From Phoronis australis (Eukaryota; Animalia; Phoronida): a stretch of DNA of 64,000 nt. Below are positions 62,499 to 64,000 of the stretch, piece by piece. Under the pieces are notes generated by a model that saw nothing but the letters and a program-made list of their open reading frames with translations, was not told the origin of the DNA and made no database searches. The stretch's first letter is position 1. Each line of letters begins with the position of its first letter. The DNA lies in contig NMRA01000342.1 in NCBI GenBank assembly GCA_002633005.1, positions 416,301 through 480,300 of the forward strand. The letters are read 5' to 3'. The translations under genes and the position numbers were made by a program.

Positions 62499-63502
62499 TT
62501 AACTTGAAAGATTGACACCAGAGATACATCAACAGGTGACAGAACGAGGATTGGAGGAAATCATCACAGGGTTTACTATCCTTTAAAAGAATACGAAGTA
62601 CATAGGGATATTGATGAATTATTACCTCACTCTATGGAACTGGTGGAAACTAAATGTACTTAGAAGGCTACCCTGTCCCTGCCAGACTTCACAAAGTCAA
62701 AAGCTATGCAATAGTTACTAAATGGAAAAAAAAATATTTCATTCATGTCAGTTGCGACTCATTAGCAGACAATCCGAGTAATGAATTGTCGGAGTAATGA
62801 AACGTCAGAGTAGTGGACTTTGCGAAAAGAGAACCTTCGGAATAGTGACACGTACCCTTGGAAATCTTTTGCATCAAGTTTGTTGTTCGTATGAAGTCTG
62901 TGAGGCTGTGCACCATTGTCACAGATGTACAAGGGAACACTTTCTTCTTTGACCAAAGATTCACTAGGTCTAGACCTGCTTTTCCCTAATACTGTGAACA
63001 AGCTCGTTTTCTCAGTGCAAGAACATACGGTAGCAAGTGTCTGGTTTTTGTTTGAGCAACGACTGAAGACTGCCTTTAATGAAATTACCGTCGGCGTGTA
63101 CTGCGGGATTTAAAAGAATGAAAACGCACACACGTGTACACGCGCATGTATTTCAATCCACCAATCCACCATGAAAGTGGACACTGGATGAACAACAATC
63201 ATTTGACGATCACCATCAATTAGAAATTTGAAATGCCTTCACCTTACCCTACTATACTACGTGTATCAAGTACACCAAAATAGCAAATAAAAATCATATT
63301 TTCTGGTGTTTTGTTTCTTGGTCGATTTTAAAACATTCACTGCACGCTACTTTTTGAGAGCTATTTCACTATTTTAAAACTTAACCAGTTATAGACAGTT
63401 ACTTCTAGACTCCCTTGTTATCCTATAATGTATCGTTGGCCAAAAGCGAATTCATCCAACTTAGTTATAATTATAGTTAGTACTACCAGTAGCTGCAACA
63501 AT

Positions 63503-63503
63503 T

Positions 63504-63546
<43 letters not shown>
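63503..63546. repeat. (TTG)n microsatellite
   Basis: Visible. Confidence 0.95.
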
Positions 63547-64000
63547 CCATCTATACCCTATCTCTAACGGATAGCTGGGGCTGGACCTTTTCCGCACCCC
63601 CGAACCCCCCGCCCCTGCATGGCTACAGGCCTGCTACCGTAGCAAGCGGGAAAAGCCCACAGCAATGTCGGCCATGATGAAAGTCAACAGCAAATTCCAC
63701 GTCATGTACGGGACCGGGGAGCGGGACAATGTCAACGAGCCAATCCAGGTATGCAGCAAGGACATCTGTTGTCGAAAATCATGATTCTATTTTTGGAATG
63801 CAGGGATTCCCAGACACTCTTCTACAAAGAAGATACGAAAGACAAAAGCGCGCGGCTACCAAAATTCGATCAGCTAGACATAAAGACTTATTTGTGCAAT
63901 GGATTGTGGAGATGAAACTGCAGAAAAAGAATTTTTTAATGTTTATTATGAAATTGTCACAGAAAGTGCCAACAGGCTTATATATAAAGAAATATAAAAA

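Noticed and set aside
62856-62975. Candidate upstream MAM exon (…NNKLDAKDFQG|gtacgt, phase 2)
   Set aside because: The phase fits, but there is no CxFE/CxW MAM signature, the acceptor is poor, and the donor coincides with a repeat terminus (cactattccgaa motif also at ~61650)

Overview
Intron-rich, AT-rich animal genomic DNA, most consistent with a marine invertebrate; the taxon cannot be fixed from sequence alone. I assembled three multi-exon genes for extracellular or cell-surface proteins by hand, using GT-AG boundaries and phase-consistent splicing. (1) Plus strand, 5'-partial: a GPI-anchored Ly6/uPAR (three-finger) protein whose Pro/Thr-rich region is encoded by 36/42/60-nt symmetric micro-exons (1320-8972). 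(2) Minus strand, apparently complete: a 13-exon gene (48116-19578, 3474 nt, 1157 aa) for a secreted protein with architecture signal peptide-LamG-LamG-LamG-F5/8C-LamG-PAN. (3) Minus strand, 5'-partial: a type I membrane protein MAM-EGFx20-Ser/Thr stalk-TM-short tail with NPVY and C-terminal SKV (60701-51004), whose last exon is 2960 nt. A decayed paralogous fragment of gene 2 lies at about 14317-15380, next to a degraded Gypsy element. The rest is transposon-rich: a Tc1 element with TIRs, LINE remnants, a full-length tRNA-derived SINE that shares its 3' tail with a LINE fragment in the same window, TTAA-flanked palindromic MITEs, a foldback element, nested MITEs and microsatellites. There is one 114-N gap. 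No prokaryotic-type systems such as CRISPR or operons are present. No database searches were run, so all novelty statements are hypotheses.
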